Shown: piece by piece, positions 60,612 to 64,000 of the stretch
Numbering within the stretch: position 1 is the first letter of the stretch
Layout: the number at the start of each line of letters is the position of its first letter
Source of the DNA: Smithellaceae bacterium
GTDB lineage: Bacteria; Desulfobacterota; Syntrophia; Syntrophales; Smithellaceae
Direction of reading: 5' to 3'
Length of the DNA stretch: 64,000 bases
NCBI GenBank assembly: GCA_963667845.2
Contig: CAXXVL010000002.1
Location: 3,104,001 to 3,168,000, forward strand
Notes under the pieces: model-generated
The model's input: the letters and a program-made list of their open reading frames with translations, nothing else
What the model was told of the DNA's origin: nothing
The model's database searches: none
Position numbers and translations under genes: made by a program

Positions 60612-61422
60612 TAATTTTATCGCCCATTTTATTTATTCTCACCTTCTTGATACTGCGCTCGTCCGCACTTTCAATTGTAACATTCAGTCCGTTGATGTGA
60701 AAATTTTCTCCGAGGTGAGGGATTCTGCGAATCGTGTTTAGGATAAGGCCACTCACCGTTTCATATCGGCCTCTTTCGATGTCGATATGCAGATGTTCTT
60801 CTATTTTTTCAATTTCGGTGCGGCCATCTACTATAATTGCTCCGTCTGCGGTCTCGATGATGTCCGCAGAATCCGTATTTTCTTCATGCTCATCCCGGAT
60901 ATCTCCGACGATCTCTTCTAATAAATCCTCGAGCGTGACTAAACCTGAAGTGCCGCCGTATTCATCAATTACAATGGCTATGTGTTGCTTATTGTTTTTG
61001 AATTCGTGAAATAATAAGTGAGCATTTTTTGTCTCCGGAATGTAATAGGGCTTGGTCAGTCGCGACAATATATCAGCGGTGGTCATGCTCTGTGACCAGA
61101 TTTTTAACAGATCCTTAACATTCAAAATACCGATGATATTGTCTATCGCGCCGCGATGAACAGGCAGGCGAGTAAAATGAGAAACAGCAATCTCCTGAAT
61201 TATTTCTTCAACGGCATCGTCAGCATTAATGGAAACGATATCGGTCCGCGGTATCATAATCTCCCGGACCGAAATTGACGTAAATTCCAAAATGTTTTCG
61301 ATCATTTTTCGCGAGGCTTCATCCAAAACGCCGATCTTTTGACCCTTTGCCAATATAGTAAAAATTTCTCGACGAATATGTTCCTGCCTGCGCCTGAAAA
61401 TGAGATCAGATATTTTTTTCAT
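60598..61422 (-). CDS. corC: CorC/YbeX CBS-domain protein
   Basis: [32 protein letters not shown], CorC_HlyC C-terminus. Confidence 0.85.
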   Translation of the reverse strand: MKKISDLIFRRRQEHIRREIFTILAKGQKIGVLDEASRKMIENILEFTSISVREIMIPRTDIVSINADDAVEEIIQEIAVSHFTRLPVHRGAIDNIIGILNVKDLLKIWSQSMTTADILSRLTKPYYIPETKNAHLLFHEFKNNKQHIAIVIDEYGGTSGLVTLEDLLEEIVGDIRDEHEENTDSADIIETADGAIIVDGRTEIEKIEEHLHIDIERGRYETVSGLILNTIRRIPHLGENFHINGLNVTIESADERSIKKVRINKMGDKIIDEE

Positions 61423-61444
61423 GTTCAGTCAATTTCTCGAAAAA

Positions 61445-62317
61445 TCACAAACCACGTAAATACTCGGGCCTCATTCTGCTTTCATTTTTTTCGTGAATGA
61501 CGGAGCCGATCATTTGCAGAATTTTCTCTTTCTGCTTCGGCAGACGCGCCCTGATGGGCAGGTAATTTGACGCATGATTAGATGTAAAATAGCAGTCTGT
61601 AAAATCCGAGTTTGCAACCATCAAATAGAGTTCGCGGATAAATCCAAGCTTGTCGGGGAGCACAAACCGCCCCGACATATAATCCTCATAGAGCTCGGTT
61701 TGCGGCACAAGCATAAGTGTCAACGCACCAACATAGTCAGGGTCCATGTCCGTCAGGATTCTCGCTGTATCCATGGCATGTTCGACACTGTTTTTAATGC
61801 CGCCCATTCCGAGAATCACGGTTACCGACAACTTGATCCCTGCCTCCCTGATGCGTTTCGCAGCTTCAACCATCTGCTCTTGCGTAGCCCCTTTATCGAT
61901 CTTTTTGAGCAGTTCTGCATTCCCGGTTTCCACGCCTAGATAGATTATCTTTAAACCCAGGTCTCTGAGCTTTTTAAGATCGGCAACCGATTTCCGCAAG
62001 ATACTTTTCGCGTTGGCATAACTGCCAATCCGTTCAAGAGTCGGGAGATACCGATTAATCATCAGCAGAATCTCTTCTAATCTCGACTGCGGGATAATTA
62101 TTGCGTCTCCGTCACATAAAAAGAGTTTATCGATGCGTCCGTACGTTTTGGCTTCCTGCAGATCTTTCTCAATACGGTCAAAAGGCTTAATTTTAAATTT
62201 TTTTTGCCGGTACGTCCCGCAAAAAGTACATCGGTTGTGAGAACAGCCGACGGTGACCTGTAAAAGTAAACTATGGGCCTCGCTTGGAGGGCGTATGATC
62301 ATGCCTTCGTAATCCAC
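61445..62317 (-). CDS. Radical SAM protein of unknown function
   Basis: RPPSEA, CSHNRCTFC, FLCDGDA, SNHASNY. Confidence 0.85.
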   Translation of the reverse strand: MDYEGMIIRPPSEAHSLLLQVTVGCSHNRCTFCGTYRQKKFKIKPFDRIEKDLQEAKTYGRIDKLFLCDGDAIIIPQSRLEEILLMINRYLPTLERIGSYANAKSILRKSVADLKKLRDLGLKIIYLGVETGNAELLKKIDKGATQEQMVEAAKRIREAGIKLSVTVILGMGGIKNSVEHAMDTARILTDMDPDYVGALTLMLVPQTELYEDYMSGRFVLPDKLGFIRELYLMVANSDFTDCYFTSNHASNYLPIRARLPKQKEKILQMIGSVIHEKNESRMRPEYLRGL

Positions 62318-62410
62318 TTTTTTGAATTCCTCTTCTTCAACACTATTGTATTGCTTTAATAAACCGCTCTATCGATTATGTCAATCACCCTTAATAAGGA
62401 ACTGGGGGAC

Positions 62411-62444
62411 AAAAAAAGGGAGCCGCTAAAAGCTGACTCCCTTT
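62411..62444 (-). terminator. Intrinsic terminator after the tRNA pair
   Basis: AAAGGGAG/CTCCCTTT stem with a T7 run on the minus strand. Confidence 0.7.
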
Positions 62445-62451
62445 GATTTTT

Positions 62452-62528
62452 TGGCGGGGCCGATGGGACTTGAACCCACGCCCTCCGGCGTGACAGGCCG
62501 GCGTTATAACCAACTTAACTACGACCCC
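62452..62528 (-). tRNA. tRNA-Asp (GTC)
   Basis: GGGGTCGTAGTTAAGTTGG...GCCGGCCTGTCACGCCGG...TTCAAG...CCCCGCCA. Confidence 0.93.
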
Positions 62529-62559
62529 AAAAAATCGTATTCGCTATTTTCTCTTTTTC

Positions 62560-62635
62560 TGGTAGGCGGGACAGGGCTCGAACCTGTGACATCCACGGTG
62601 TAAGCGTGGCGCTCTTCCAGCTGAGCTACCCGCCC
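62560..62635 (-). tRNA. tRNA-Val (TAC)
   Basis: GGGCGGGTAGCTCAGCTGG...CCACGCTTACACCGTGG...TTCGAG...CGCCTACCA. Confidence 0.93.
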
Positions 62636-62659
62636 ACATGCCCAAAAAAAGCTGCATGG

Positions 62660-62688
62660 CTTCTAGCAATAATGAGATTCCTTGTCAA
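62660..62688 (-). promoter_or_regulatory. Sigma70-like promoter for tRNA-Val/Asp
   Basis: TTGACA-17 bp-TAGAAG on the minus strand. Confidence 0.5.
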
Positions 62689-62710
62689 GATATAAAATCA
62701 GAAATCGCTG

Positions 62711-64000
62711 CTAATTCACAGGCTGGGCGCTAACCTGCATATCATCGCTTACGGATTTGTCGTAAACATCCTCATCTTTTACAAAAGCGATGTCCAGCAC
62801 TTCATCAATGTGTTCAACAAAAACGATCTTCAGGGCGTGCTGGACATTTTGAGGTACTTCCGCCAGATCCTTCTCATTATCTTTCGGGATGATGACCATT
62901 TTGATATTGCCCCGATGAGCCGCCAGAATCTTCTCCTTAAGACCACCTATCGGCAACACCCTTCCCCGTAAGGTTATTTCACCGGTCATTGCCAGATCGG
63001 CGCGGACCTTCTTTTTCATAAGAACCGAGGCAATGGACGTCGCCATCGCGATACCAGCGGATGGTCCATCCTTGGGAATCGCTCCCTCCGGAACATGGAC
63101 GTGAATGTCTATCTTTCTATAGAAATTCTTCGGCAAACCAAATTTTTCGGCCCGCGCCCGGATGTAGGTCAGGGCCGCTTGTACCGACTCCTGCATGACG
63201 TCACCCAGTTTACCTGTCATGACCATACGACCGGTTCCTTCCATTACGGACGCTTCAATGGCCAGTAACTCGCCGCCTACTTCCGTCCAAGCTAAGCCCG
63301 TCGTGAGGCCGACCTGATTTTTTTCTTCGGTCTCACCGTGACGATATTTCGGGACTCCCAGATACTTCGGTATGTTTTTTGACGTAATCTCAATTTTTTT
63401 CTTTGTACCATTGCTGACAATTTCTTTTGCAACTTTTCGACAAACGGATGCAATTTCCCGTTCAAGATTTCGCACGCCCGCTTCTCTCGTGTACTGCCTG
63501 ATCATACGCAAGACGGCGCCCTTCGTGAACTCAATATTGTCGCCGATCAGACCGTTCGCCCCCATCTCCTTTGTCAAAAGAAATTTTTTCGCGATCTGCA
63601 GTTTTTCCTGCTCGGTATACCCGGCAATGCGAATCACTTCCATTCTATCTTGGAGCGGTGCCGGAATCGTCTGCAAAACATTGGCTGTTGTAATGAATAA
63701 AATATCGGATAAATCATAATCGACATCCAGATAATTATCATTAAACGCCACATTTTGTTCAGGATCGAGGACTTCCAATAGCGCCGACGACGGATCACCG
63801 CGAAAGTCAGAACTTAACTTGTCCACTTCATCGAGACAGAAGACGGGATTATTCGACCCTGCTTTCTTGAGAGATTGAATAATCTTGCCCGGCATCGCAC
63901 CAATGTAGGTTCTGCGATGCCCCCTGATTTCCGCTTCATCACGGACGCCACCCAACGAAATTCGAACAAACTTCCGATTCGTTGCCCTTGCGACTGATTT
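62711..64000 (-). CDS. lon: Lon protease (partial; 5' end lies beyond the window)
   Basis: [27 protein letters not shown] (catalytic Ser), GGLKEK. Confidence 0.97.
   Translation of the reverse strand, partial: KSVARATNRKFVRISLGGVRDEAEIRGHRRTYIGAMPGKIIQSLKKAGSNNPVFCLDEVDKLSSDFRGDPSSALLEVLDPEQNVAFNDNYLDVDYDLSDILFITTANVLQTIPAPLQDRMEVIRIAGYTEQEKLQIAKKFLLTKEMGANGLIGDNIEFTKGAVLRMIRQYTREAGVRNLEREIASVCRKVAKEIVSNGTKKKIEITSKNIPKYLGVPKYRHGETEEKNQVGLTTGLAWTEVGGELLAIEASVMEGTGRMVMTGKLGDVMQESVQAALTYIRARAEKFGLPKNFYRKIDIHVHVPEGAIPKDGPSAGIAMATSIASVLMKKKVRADLAMTGEITLRGRVLPIGGLKEKILAAHRGNIKMVIIPKDNEKDLAEVPQNVQHALKIVFVEHIDEVLDIAFVKDEDVYDKSVSDDMQVSAQPVN

Noticed and set aside
1..64000. CRISPR array, prophage, transposase, DGR, Sec/Pyl recoding
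   Set aside because: No regularly spaced repeats, no phage, transposase or reverse transcriptase genes, and no in-frame stop interrupting a recognisable gene other than the prfB frameshift.

Overview
This is a core chromosomal region of an anaerobic deltaproteobacterium. Gene content and style suggest Syntrophales/Smithella-like, which is an inference. It holds about 50 mostly housekeeping or metabolic CDSs (fhs, gltA, recJ, purMN, recG, hom, iorAB, dnaE, guaB, dtd, phoH-HD-ybeY, prfB with its +1 frameshift, lnt, lon) and three tRNAs (Met, Asp, Val). I found no phage, transposase or CRISPR. Three unannotated signals stand out. (1) A complete ribosome-mediated transcription attenuator at 12232-12433: a 30-aa leader peptide containing YYFYFFSF, alternative 1:2/2:3/3:4 hairpins and a U9 terminator. 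It controls a Liv-type ABC transporter operon with an embedded acyl-CoA ligase, suggesting a Phe/Tyr-starvation-induced aryl-acid uptake and salvage system that may feed IorAB. (2) A dif-like site at 38934-38961, with KOPS octamers switching polarity across it, so the window probably spans the replication terminus. (3) A dispersed palindromic REP/PATE-like element in two clear copies. All product calls come from motif recognition by eye; no database searches were run.
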